Source: Catajapyx aquilonaris (taxonomy: Eukaryota). Taken from it: a DNA stretch of 55,247 bases. Position 1 is the first letter of the stretch, and every line of letters starts with the position of its first letter. The DNA lies in contig KZ538662.1 of assembly GCA_000934665.2 (NCBI GenBank), positions 1 to 55,247 on the forward strand, written 5' to 3'. The notes beneath the pieces were generated by a model. That model was not told the origin of the DNA, searched no databases, and saw only the letters and a list, made by a program, of their open reading frames with translations. Of the stretch, positions 25,262-37,035 are shown piece by piece. The position numbers were made by a program, and so were the translations under genes.

Positions 25262-25984
25262 GAGCACAGCAGGCAACACTGTGCGTCATAAAATATATCG
25301 GACAAAGATAAAAAAGGGGTTGTCACAATATTTGAACTCTTTTTATTTTCGTCCGTCGTTATCAGTACCGTTCCCCTAGAGTCCCAGACAGAAACCTTGA
25401 CAATAACGGCCCCACTGCAAAATAATAAGTGTATAGTTATATTTTCAACTGAATAAATATAAAGCAGCGATGTACGATTAAAGCTACGAAGTACGTACGG
25501 AGCATGTGTGTTTCTTTTGATAGCTAATGGCCTTTTGATAAGGGTCGGCCAAGGGCACTCCGAGCGTGTCTCATCGCCTCAGTCATTGGAGTCAAGTCAC
25601 TCTGGGAACATCGCCCAGTTATACGTACACTGTTGCTTCGGATGGACAATCACATCGAAGAAGGTAAAAGTGTTGTAACCACCTGTTGCATCTAGGTGCT
25701 ATGAACTGATAGACACGAAAAAGTTGTTGCGTAACTATTTTTAAGAGAGAAAAAAATGAGGAGCATGCCTCAACCAGGGACGCATGCACTTGATGACCTT
25801 CTGAGGCCATCCTGGTGGTACCAGGACACCACGCGTTTCTTTTGCGAAATTTTGCACACTTTTCACTTTCGAACCAACAAACTAAAGGCAGTTCGAAAGT
25901 GAGTCTTGATTGGATCAGGTATTTGTGATGTCTTCTTGGTTGTGGAGGTGGAAGCTAGGGACAAACACAGTGTTCATCGAAGAC

Positions 25985-28793
25985 ATGGGGAAGTGTATGA
26001 CTAAACCAGACAAAGGTACGGTGTCCTAAAAGTGCTAAAAATAATTAAGCCAAAAAAAGTGTAAGCAACTACCTAACCCACTTTCAGAGTACTGAAGATC
26101 CCCCTACTATATTGTGGCTTCAAGGTGATATATATAAAAAATCAGAGCTTCCTTTCCTCTTAAAAGAAATGACCTTCGTACCCATGGCCTGATGTTGGCG
26201 CGACATCATCTCACTTCCGCAATCAAACTGCGTCATATTACATGACACATGTGTCAACATCCATTTCAGGTCCAGATAGAGTGATTCCAGCCGAGTCACT
26301 ATGGACATGCTCTAGGGATGGGGCTGTCCGGATTAGACCTGAAGATGATGAGGATGGTCACCGGAAGGTCTTACCCTTTCTGTCCATACCGACATGTCTG
26401 GCCCGGACAACTGAGAAGTATCCGGAGAGAGTGGCCATGGCGGTTAAGCGGGACGGTGAGTGGGTCAAGTGGACTTACCCGCAGTACTTGAAGGATGTGA
26501 GGACATGCGCTAAGGCTTTTGTCCACTTGGGACTGGAGCGGCTGGGGACTGTGGCTATCCTAGGGGCTAATGCTCCGGAGTGGTTCATCGGTGACCTTGG
26601 TGCCATCTTTGCAGGGTAAGGTGCTCACTAGAGAACCGGAATGATCACTGACCCACATTTGTTACAGGGGCATAGCGTATGGGATATACCCAACCAACTC
26701 CTCCGAGGCATGCTTCCACTCGTTGGCCATCAGCGAGACCACCATTGTCCTGGTTGAGGATGAGAAGCAGCTGGCCAAGATCTTGCCGCTGAGGTCAAAG
26801 CTGCCCCATCTCAAGGCTGTCATCCAATATGCTGGAAACCCATCTCAGGAAGGGGTTCATAGTGTAAGAACCGGGCTCAAAGTGCAATATTATCTCACTA
26901 ATATCTGTTCATTTCCAGTGGAGTCAACTTATGTACTTAGGATCACAACAACCTGACTCGTTGGTTGATGACCGCTTGAAGGATATTGCGGTCAATCAAT
27001 GCTGTTGCTTGATATTTACTGTACGTACTATTCGCTTCTATGAACCGTTGCGCTTTACATAGCTATATTTTCATAGTCAGGTACAACCGGAATGCCCAAA
27101 GCCGTCATGATAAGTCATGACAACGTGACGTGGATACTCCGGAATTTTGCTCAAGTTTTAGGAATAAGTACGGACGACGAGCACAGCATCATTAGCTACC
27201 TTCCATTGAGTCACGTGGCAGCGCAGTTTACAGATATTTACTGCCCGGTTTATACAGGAGCAACAGTTTACTTCGCAGGAAAAGATGCACTGAAGGTAAA
27301 GCATCTCAATAAATATTACTACAATTAATAACACTAATTATTGGCAATAGGGAAGTCTGATCCACACTTTACGAGAAGTGCGGCCCACACTGTTCATCGG
27401 AGTCCCACGGGTTTGGGAGAAAATGTATGAAAAATTTCTGGAAAAAGAAAAGGCGGCATGGTCCTTCCAAAAATCACTGTTAAACTGGGCCAAAGGATTA
27501 GCATGGGAGAACATGCAACGGAGGATGAACGGGTAAGTAACGCGTCAGTTGCAGTGCGACTCATGCGTAATGGTCAACCTGAAATATTCTCAGAAACACA
27601 AATCCTCCACTCGGCTTTGGGTTGGCAAAATGGCTTATACTGCACAAGATTCAACAAGAACTGGGACTGGACAGAGCAATGTGCCTGACTGGTGCAGCAC
27701 CGCTTTCCTTGGAGGTCATGCAGTACTTCGCAAGCATGAACATTCTCCTTCTGGATGTAAGTTGCAGAATGCTTGCAACACAGCCGTTAACTAATAATGA
27801 CATATATTAAAGGTGTTCGGAATGAGTGAGAGCAGTGGACCACTTCTGTGTGCAACCGAGTCCAATTTTAGGCTTGGGACAACCGGACGTCCACTTTCAG
27901 GGATTAAAATCAAGATTGATAAACCGGACAGTGATGGAAGCGGAGAGGTTTGCTTATTATCATCCAGTTTCAATTACGTCCTAAACACTATTTTTGGATT
28001 TTAGATATGCTCATGGGGACGTAACGTGTTCATGGGTTACCTGAACAATGAGGAGGAAACCAAGAAAGTCCTTGACGAGGAGGGATGGTTATACACTGGG
28101 GACGTCGGAGCATTTGATGCTGATGGATACTTAAAACTAACTGGCAGGATCAAAGAAATCTTGATCACTGCAGGTGGTGAGAATATTCCTGCGCCAATGA
28201 TTGAGCTTGCAATTAAAGCAGAACTCCCATGTTTAAGTCATGCCGTTCTCATTGGTGACAAAAAAAAGTTCCTAAGCGTCCTCCTAACTATGAGCGTAAG
28301 TGTACCTGTAAGTTTTGGTATTTACTGTAACTTTATGGCGCACACTTCCTTCAGGCAACACTGAATCCTATAACTGGCGAACCTCAAGACACGTTAGCAC
28401 CTGAAGCAAAATCGTGGCTACAAAGCCTCGGATCATCGGCCTCGACCATTTCTGAACTGATAGAAAGTGACGACCCTCGTGTACGTATCATACGCAATTA
28501 ATCCTGCAAGTGATTTCAGCATTATTGTATCCACAGGTGACTGCAGCTATTGAAGCAGGCATTGACCGAGCCAACAAGAAAGCCATTTCAAGTGCACAAA
28601 AAGTACAGAAATGGGCCATCTTGCAAAAAGACTTTTCAGTGCTCGATGGAGAACTAAGTACGTTTTAAAACTTACTTATACATTCACCATAACGAAATGG
28701 TACAACTTCGTTACAGGTCCTACTTTCAAAGTCCGCAGACACGTTGTAGCCAAGAGATTTGCAGATGTCATCGATTCCTTCTATTTGGTCTGA
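25985..28793 (+). CDS. ACSBG: Long-chain-fatty-acid--CoA ligase, bubblegum/ACSBG family, paralog B (multi-exon)
   Basis: [23 protein letters not shown]...[18 protein letters not shown]...[10 protein letters not shown]...FGMSESSGP...GWLYTGDVG...[16 protein letters not shown]...PTFKVRR...DSFYLV*. The start is uncertain because an in-frame ATG also occurs at 25928. Confidence 0.9.
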
Positions 28794-29405
28794 TGCTGCA
28801 TTGTAAAAGTATAGCATTGTCCGTTGGATTAAATAAAACTCGATTATATTTTTAAGGTGTCGTTTCAGGTACAAGAGAAATACTTTAATCATGCTCTTGT
28901 TTATTGTACATGACCCCAACTATAAATGTCTCGTTCACCCCCACCAAGTAATCTCGTATAATTGGGATATCCAAACAATTTGACTCTCTAAATGCCCATT
29001 ATTTACAAAGTGTATAATAAGTACTGCACCACAATAGAGGATACCAAAGATTCCAGTGTACATAAATACCATACAAAAAAATAGAAAAATACAATCTGAT
29101 CACATGCCAAAAAAGCCAGCTTCTTTTTTTCCAATCAATTCTTCCGTTTCTAAAAATGACTCCCAGAAGATTATAAACAGAACCGATTCTTTCTAGAAGT
29201 TGCTGCGCCTATAAATTGTATTACAAAATGATTTTGGCAATTTGGCTTACCAAAGAACGATATAGTATTCAACCCAAAACCAGCTGGTTGAAAATTTTTG
29301 TCGTGAAAATACCATGGCCGACGTATATAACTTGTTCTTTTTTCCGTAACATACAATTTTGGAAGCACGCTAGAGCCTATTTCAACAATTAACAATATGG
29401 CTTGT

Positions 29406-32400
29406 TCATGCTCCAGAATAAAAGGCTTCAATCGTCTCCTCGTACTTTTGAACTGTGTAGAACCTCTTGAGCTTCATCGTGGGACCTTGCAACAGAAGTT
29501 TAATTGTTAAGTGTTGGGCTCAATTGGTCTGAAATGACAGGGCTACCATTGAGAAATGTACTCACCGAGCTCTCCTCCTGGAATGGAAAAGTCCTGGGGC
29601 AAGATAACCCACTTCTGGACTCGTTGAGCATTGGAAATAGACTGTTTGTTGGCCCTGTTGACCCCTTCCTGAATGGCACCAAACACCTGCAAATTACACA
29701 AATGCAAGTAAGGACATGCTGTAGGACACACCTGAAATTTGTATGGTTTAAAAAAATCTGCTACCTTCTCGTCCTTCGAAGTAAGGACCTCGCTGACCTT
29801 CTTGGCCGAGCTACCGATCTGCTCGCACCACCTCTTGGCAACATCATTGAGCTCATCCAGTGGTTCTCCTGTCTCCAGGTCAACTTCACATTTCAGCGTA
29901 AGCAGCATGCTGAGGAACTTGCGCTTGTCTCCAATAAGCATGGCATTGCTGATGCAGGGCAGCTGCGCCTTCACAGCATCCTCAATCAGAGCTGGAGGGA
30001 CGTTCTCTCCGCCAGCCGTAATCACTATCTCCTTGATGCGGCCTGAAACGACAAATCAAATGCACATGACTGTCACTCAAAAACGGCCATGAGGTTTACG
30101 GAATGTTATGAATTGGGCTGAGCACTCACCTGTGATGGAGAGGAACCCACTGCTGTCGAGCTTCCCAATGTCTCCTGAGTGCAACCAGCCATCCTTGTCG
30201 ATGGTCTCTCCCGTCTTGTCCTCTGCGGCAAGGTATCCAGCGAAAATATGCCTTCCCCTCATGCAGATTTCCCCTTGGTCTGCGCCTCCATCCCCTGCTC
30301 CTTCCAGCCGCGTCTCCATTCCTGACATGGCGATCCCAACAGATCCAAACTTGAAAGCATCGTCCCTAGATATTGTGTGTGGTCCACTGGACTCTGACAT
30401 CCCGTAGGCTTCCATCAGAGGCATGTTGAGGGACGCAAAGTAGTCCAACAGTTCAGGGGAGATAGGGGCTGCAGCAGTGCCGAGAAACTTGCACCGGTCC
30501 ATGCCTAGAGCCTGCCGCACCTTACGGAACACCAGGGCATTTGCCACACCAAAGCCAAATGGCGAGCACTTGTCCCTGTAACGAGAAAGAAGCTCACGTA
30601 ATGCAACACACTTACTCCCCATGACAACCTGTGACAAGTGGTAACATACCCCATCATTTTCTTCTTGTTATGTTCCAACCCTTTAGACTTAGCCCAGGTC
30701 GCAATGATTCTCTTTACTCCCTTTGTCTGCCGTCCGATCTCCATCATCTTCTCATGGATCTTCTCCCACACCCGAGGGACCCCCAGGAAAATGGTTGGCC
30801 TGACCTCCCTCAGAGTCCCAGCTAGCCCACCCTTCAGAGCATCCTTCCCGGCAAAGTAGACAGTGGAGCAGAGGCAGATGGGCAGGTAGATATCAACCAT
30901 CTGGGCAGCCACGTGGCTCAATGGAAGGTACGAGATGATCACTTCCCCCTTTTCCTTCCCTCGGATGTACGGGACTGAACCCTGGCAGATCCATGTAATG
31001 TTGTCATGGGTCAGCATCACCCCCTTTGGCATGCCCGTTGTGCCTGACTGGAATGATAATGGGCAAGTCATACGTCGTAAACTGTCGTAAACTGTCTACT
31101 CGTAGTATTATCAGAATAATGGTAATGCAACAATACTCACGGTGTAGATAAGGGTGGAGGTTTGGTTGACACAAATCTTCCGCAGCCTCGCTTCCAAGAT
31201 TGAGTCGTCCTGTTGCGATCCCAGGAACATCAGTTGGCTCCACTGAAAAGCAAGTTGCACTAGTAAGTCTACTGCACATTATTTATTGCTAGTGTACACC
31301 TATAACTTTCATCCAGATGTCATAGTCAATACTGATAGATGGTTAGTAAGATATGATTTATTTGGGGCGTTGGACCTGGATAAAACGTGGCAACAATTGC
31401 TTCGGTTCCCAGAGCACTCCCTGCTAAATTCCCACCATAAACATCGGGGTACAAGACTGTGGGTGTCATTACTCACACTGAGCACTCCCTCCGCCTTGGG
31501 AGTCCCTTGGTACTGCACGATGGCCTTGAGGTGTGGCAGCCTGGGCTTGATGGCCAGGACCTTCTCCAGCTGCTTCTCATCCTCCACAACTATGATGTTT
31601 GCCTTACAGTTTTCCGCACAGTGGAAGCATGCTTCTGCAGAATTGGTCGTGTAAATCCCTGCGGCAAACCCTCCCGCAAAAATTGCTGCCAGATCGGATA
31701 TAAACCACTCCGGAGAATTGAATCCAAGGATGCAGACGGAGTGAAAGCGCTGGAGGCCCAGGTGGATGAAAGCCTTGGCACATGTGCGGACATCCTAACG
31801 GAACAGTCGCAACATTAATAAACCATCAATATACTATATTCAAATCATTCACAATTAGCGTTCATAAAATTACCATAACCAGATTAACACTTTCTCATTC
31901 TCCCCTTACCTTCAGGTACCGGTCGTAAGTCCACTTGACCCACACGTTGTCTCTCTTGACAGCCATGGCCACCACGTTTGGTCCTCGGGACGCCGCTCTC
32001 TCCAGAAAAGTTGGGACGGAAACAGGTCGTCGCTTAGCTTCACCTTCGCCATACTTGATCTTGATGGCTCCATCAGGGTACCAAGTGCACAGTGCCTCGG
32101 ATGGAAGGACCTGATCAGGACCTGGAAAGTGACAAATTGTCAGTAACCTTGACCATTACATTGATAATAAATCAGCATAAAGCTGTAACAAGCAGTTTCA
32201 TGATCAAGGTGCAGCGTGTATACCTGCCGCTGATCATGTAACTGCTTGAGCAATACACGGAAAAAAAAAATACCTGATGTTCCATATTACACAAAGTCAT
32301 AAGTAAACCTTACATAAGGGGAATTTATCGGCTAGATATCAACATTTAAAAGGTTTTTTGCATCAGTGTTACCTCGCAAGCCATAGTTGCACAAGAATTT

Positions 32401-35400
32401 CTGTACAATTATTATAACACCGGACAAAAAGTGGAATTGGGAAATAAATTGCACCACCTGCCTCTTTTTATGTACTAACTACGTACTAGCTTCCTTGAAT
32501 AGCTGAAAAAATTATTAAAAATACATACAACCCAAAATTAATTTGCATACAAATTGCGTATAATGGTGGGCCGATACCATGCGACATTCCCAGAACATTA
32601 TTGAAATAATTTGCATAATTCAACCCCCACTATCTCACCCCTTTTGCTGAATAGTTAAAAATACAACTTTTTCCGCAACCAATTTTTATTTCCCGCATCC
32701 CTATCATATCCGTGACACCATGATAACCCTGACACGCTGACCTTTATGGGAAAATGCCTTAGGACACCCGCTGTACCATACATGCGGAATGACATTGAAC
32801 ATGTGTCAAGGTTCACATCTACCCAGATCAATCTAGGAAGGGGGGGGGGGGGNGGGCACCATCGATCAAACTATTTTCTTTTGAACTTCTAAAATTGGAC
32901 ACCCTGATAAGGTCATTTCTCCCACCCATCAATTTCACTAATGGCCCCACCCCGGTACCACCTCTCGTGCCATGTACATGGTACGTCCTTGAAAAATAAA
33001 ACCGTGCTAATAATTCATATAATCATCATCTACGCTGCATTATTGTTACGCAACAATCAGTCAAATTGCGCTGGAAAAATGGGAATCACGCCAGTCAGAC
33101 ACTTTCGAAATAGTCTGACCTCTGTGACCTCCATATCTGTAAGTTTTATATTTAGAGGTCCAGGTAAGGTCATCCGGTTGTCCGGTTATTACTACGAAGG
33201 TCATCATCTTTTTATATTAATTTATTGTTGACGTACGTACCATCCAGATATTCCTTGCAAGTCTTTTTCCACTGAAGACTCGGGTGGTCAGCGGTTCCCC
33301 CGCACGGCATCACTTCGGTCAGACTGACCGGTACACTGTAAGAATTTGGAAATTATTAGTAACTATGGAAACAGGTCCGACCAACAGGTTGGTACCAGGA
33401 AAACATTCATTTCCTGTTGGATTTGCATATTAGCTAATCACCGCTATGGGCATTTCCGTACTGGGTATGACAAATGTACTGGGTATGTCCGATCTCAGAA
33501 ATTGGGTATGGACACAGCCGTACAACGTCGTACTTTGAATACTCTTTTTCTATGTTGATTAACCGGTACCGTACCTCGTTGTCTTGTCGTTGGTATCCAT
33601 GGTCTGGTTCCTCAGTGCCTCGATCCCCGTTGCACTGTCTCCATCCTGAAAGTACAGTGTAGTCAGTTTACGTGTAACTTTCTATCCAAACAGGTTTTTT
33701 TCCTCATCACACAAAAAATTGTGCGACGTCATGACGTACGTTGTTTACATTTTTCCTTGTACTATACACTGTACAATGGTCATGTACGATCAATTCTGAA
33801 GGGCAGTGACACGACATCTCAAATCGATCTTATCGATTTCCTTTTGCAAAAATCATATTACAATAAAAAACGAGGACAAAATGTCGCGCAATTTCCTTTT
33901 TTCTTAACAGAATTAAGCGGAAATCGCGAGCGGAAGACATCGTGCGATTTAGGACTAGTCACGCGATGTCGCAAAAAAAATACAACAACACAAGAGTTGG
34001 TACACCGCATGGCACGGCACATTTCGTCGCCAATTTCTGGTTAAAAATACTTGGGATCCTAATTCTGCACAAATGGCAACAGATGGCGCATATTTTTAAA
34101 TAAGATTGTCAAATCACTTGAGCGTGATTAGAGTCGACTTTTTCATGTTTACTGCTAGTCCCTAACGTCAATCATGGGATTGGGAGGGGGGAAAGGGTGA
34201 TATGTGGGAGGGGCGGTGTGGTGAACCCGGAACCCGAAAACCGAAAAAGTCTTATAGCACGGCTCTGTCTGGTCTCAGCCAGCTCTGGTGGTTAGCGCGC
34301 TCGCCTCTAGACCCAAAGTTGTGGGTTAGAACCCGGCCAAGGTCGGTGACTTTTCTCCGGGTGGTAGAAAAGTGAGAGTGCGCCTTCCTTCGCAGGGGAA
34401 GTAAAGCCGTCGGTCCCGTGTGCTTGTGACATTGCGCGAGTGCACGTTAAAGATCCCCAGAGTGGACAAATTTCCAGCAGGAGGACCACCCCCTGGCGTC
34501 GGTGTTGAGCCTTAGCAGCAGAAATAGGCCGACGTTAAGCCCCAATGATATAAAGGCTCTGTCTGGTCTGGGGNGGGGGGGGGTCAGACAGGGGGCTCGA
34601 AAAACGTCTGATACCTGTCCACAGACAGAGCCGTTCTATATAAGACTTTTTCGAAGAAAAAGTCTGATAGCACGGCTGTCTGATAACTTTAATGGGGGGC
34701 TTAACATCGGCCTATTTCTTCCGCTAGGCTCAACACCGACGCCAGGGGGTGGTCCTCCTCCTGGAAATTTGGCCACTCTGGGGATCTTTAACGTGCACCC
34801 GCGCAATGTCACAAGCACACGAGACCGACGGCTTTACTTCCCCTCCGAAGGAAGGCGCACTCTCCCTTTTCTACCACCCGGAGAAAAGTCCCGACCTCGG
34901 CCGGGTTCGAACCCACAACTTTTAACTGTCCACAGACAGCCATTCTATACATATCTGTCTGTGGACAGGTATCAGACATCCGTGCTATCAGACTTTCTGC
35001 GAAAAAGTCTGATAGCACGGATGTCTGATAACTGTCCACAGACGGCCATTATAGAATGGCCGTCTGTGGAAGAAAAAGTCTGATAACTGTCCACAGAGCT
35101 CTTCTATACAAGTCTGATATAGAACAGCTCTGCCTGTGGACAGGTATCAGACAGCCGTGCTATCAGACTTTTTTCCTTCGAAAAAGTCTAAAATTAAACT
35201 AATCGCCAAAATTTTTACCACGCATACCCCTGCCATCCTCAGATAGTGCGAGAGATATCGGCACTATCAGGTGGGACAAACATCCGACGGAAAAGAATAA
35301 GGATATTAAGCAAAATATTCCGAAACAATAGCCATTTTGAATCCAATCACAAACGAGCACATAAACTGACTGCGGGAACTACTGAACATTATTTTTTTAT

Positions 35401-36084
35401 GTACAATTAAACTCAAGGTCGAATTTTAATGCTTATGTACTTGTAGCTGACACGGTCTTTTTGGTCAAATCCATTTCTCACGTGCAATAGACACCCTGTG
35501 ATTTCACACGCACCTAGTTTTTGGCTACATACTTAAGACCCCCCAAAAAACCGTTGCGGAAAAAACGGGACTTACGTACGTTGTGCCAGCACAATGCGGA
35601 CTGAAATTGCCAGCCTTTCGTGTGTTATTCACAAAAAGGGAGATACGTATCGGATCGAAATCATACGCAACGTACACCGTACACGCAACCCTGAAATCGA
35701 TAGGCGTCCGAAACCCCCCTCGATTTAAATATTAAAACGGGTTTTTTCTGATTTATGATTACGGTACTATAGTTCGAAGACCGCAAGTGACGGACCGGAT
35801 CTATACCGAAAAAGGTCATGGTCTAAAGGGGCTCAAGAATTCCAACAGAAAAATGCAGAGAGGTCAACAACTCTTACCTGGCTATGACATCCGTTGATGT
35901 TGCTCTCACAGCTGACCACACTCTCCTGGTAGCTCCATTTGGTCACCCCATTCAGATGATGTCCATTAGCTTGACCTTTGACCTCCATTTTCTGTACCAC
36001 CCCAACCGAACCGGTAGGAGACGTCTTAGCACTGGATGTAGGCGAAGTATTGGTGGTGTCAAGGGTCAACTCGGTGGACGGCAT
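29406..36084 (-). CDS. ACSBG: Long-chain-fatty-acid--CoA ligase, bubblegum/ACSBG family, paralog C (most canonical copy)
   Basis: Exon 36084-35878 (phase 0) joins ~33335-33241 (…KEYLD), then G|PDQVLPSE...[18 protein letters not shown]...[10 protein letters not shown]...GVPRVWEK...[10 protein letters not shown]...GWLHSGDIG...RIKEIVITAGGENVPP...GELG|PTMKLKR...FYSGA*. The 5' exons are less certain than the core. Confidence 0.92.
34275..34550 (+). mobile_element. tRNA-derived SINE with Deu/Nin-like central domain
   Basis: A box tggtggttag, B box ggttagaacc, and central ccttcgcaggggaagtaaagccgtcggtccc...gcacgttaaagatccc. Near-identical to 42764-43070. Confidence 0.8.
34695..34922 (-). mobile_element. 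Same SINE family, 5'-truncated, inverted copy
   Basis: Reverse complement of 34315-34545, embedded in a ctgtccacagacag / tctgatagcacgg repeat element (34600-35190). Confidence 0.8.
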
Positions 36085-36219
36085 CTCGGGTCAAATGTGG
36101 AGCCTACGGAAGACCTTGTTGGTTGTTGGTGCCCAACGTGTCACTGAACAACTCTTTGCCTCGTCCGCCAAACCGACCCAAGCCTTTCGCTTATTGGACC
36201 CCGTATGCCTCAGCCGATA

Positions 36220-36454
36220 TGACGTCACGGCTTCTCACCCACCGAACCATGACGAAACCTCCCCCACTTTTTTATAAATATATAGAAAATTTTATCTAGA
36301 ACATTGTTTTAAACAGGGTGAGTCATACTGGCACGTGTCGGACCACGTGTCGACAATGACGTCATGGGGTGGACACAATGACGTCAAATGGAACTATCGG
36401 ATGTTTTTAAGACGCATTGTGGCTCGTCGTAAACATTTGATTATGTTACACGTG
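36220..36454 (-). promoter_or_regulatory. Putative ACSBG-C proximal promoter: CRE, AP-1 and E-box cluster
   Basis: TGACGTCA at 36220, 36357 and 36379; TGAGTCA at 36319; CACGTG at 36332, 36344 and 36449. These lie 135-370 bp upstream of the ATG at 36084. Confidence 0.5.
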
Positions 36455-36629
36455 CCAGGTACACAAACAACGAAACCTACCAAAGTTGGACACCAACGGT
36501 CGCTAACGGTAAAAATGTCCAACTTCACAAGTTTTTATATATAAAACGTAAAGCGACGCAAAGTTTGTTTTCTTGTCCCATTCCGCACTGCCCAACCGAA
36601 TGGCTTAAATTTATATAATTACCCCCCAA

Positions 36630-37035
36630 GCCAACTAATTTCGACCCCCCCCGACGAAATAATGACCACAATTTTATATATTTAATATGCTATATTATAT
36701 TATATTTATTTAATTATAATTAGTACCGGTACACCCGCCGGTCCTAATTTAGACCCCCCCACCCCGCCGAAATAATGACCAGTTTTCCCGTCATTGGCCA
36801 CGATTTTATATATTTAATGCTATATTATATTTAATATGCTATATTATATTTAATTATAATTAGTACACCGGTCCTAATTTAGACCCCCACCCCGCCGAAA
36901 TAATGGCCCCAATTTTATATATTTATATATTTAGTATGCTGTTATCCTTTTATTTAAATATAATTACCACGTCCTAATTTCGCCCCCCCNCCATAATTTC
37001 GCCCCCCCCCCCACCCCGCCGAAATAATGGTGACC
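36630..37035. repeat. Diverged tandem repeat (~110-130 bp, ~4 copies)
   Basis: ctaattt(a/c)gacccccc...ccgaaataatg...attttatatattta recurs at ~36634, 36744, 36874 and ~36995. Confidence 0.75.

Noticed and set aside
29504..31818. Plus-strand ORFs over ACSBG-C, and antisense ORFs over ACSBG-A and GOLPH3
   Set aside because: Antisense shadows of real coding exons.
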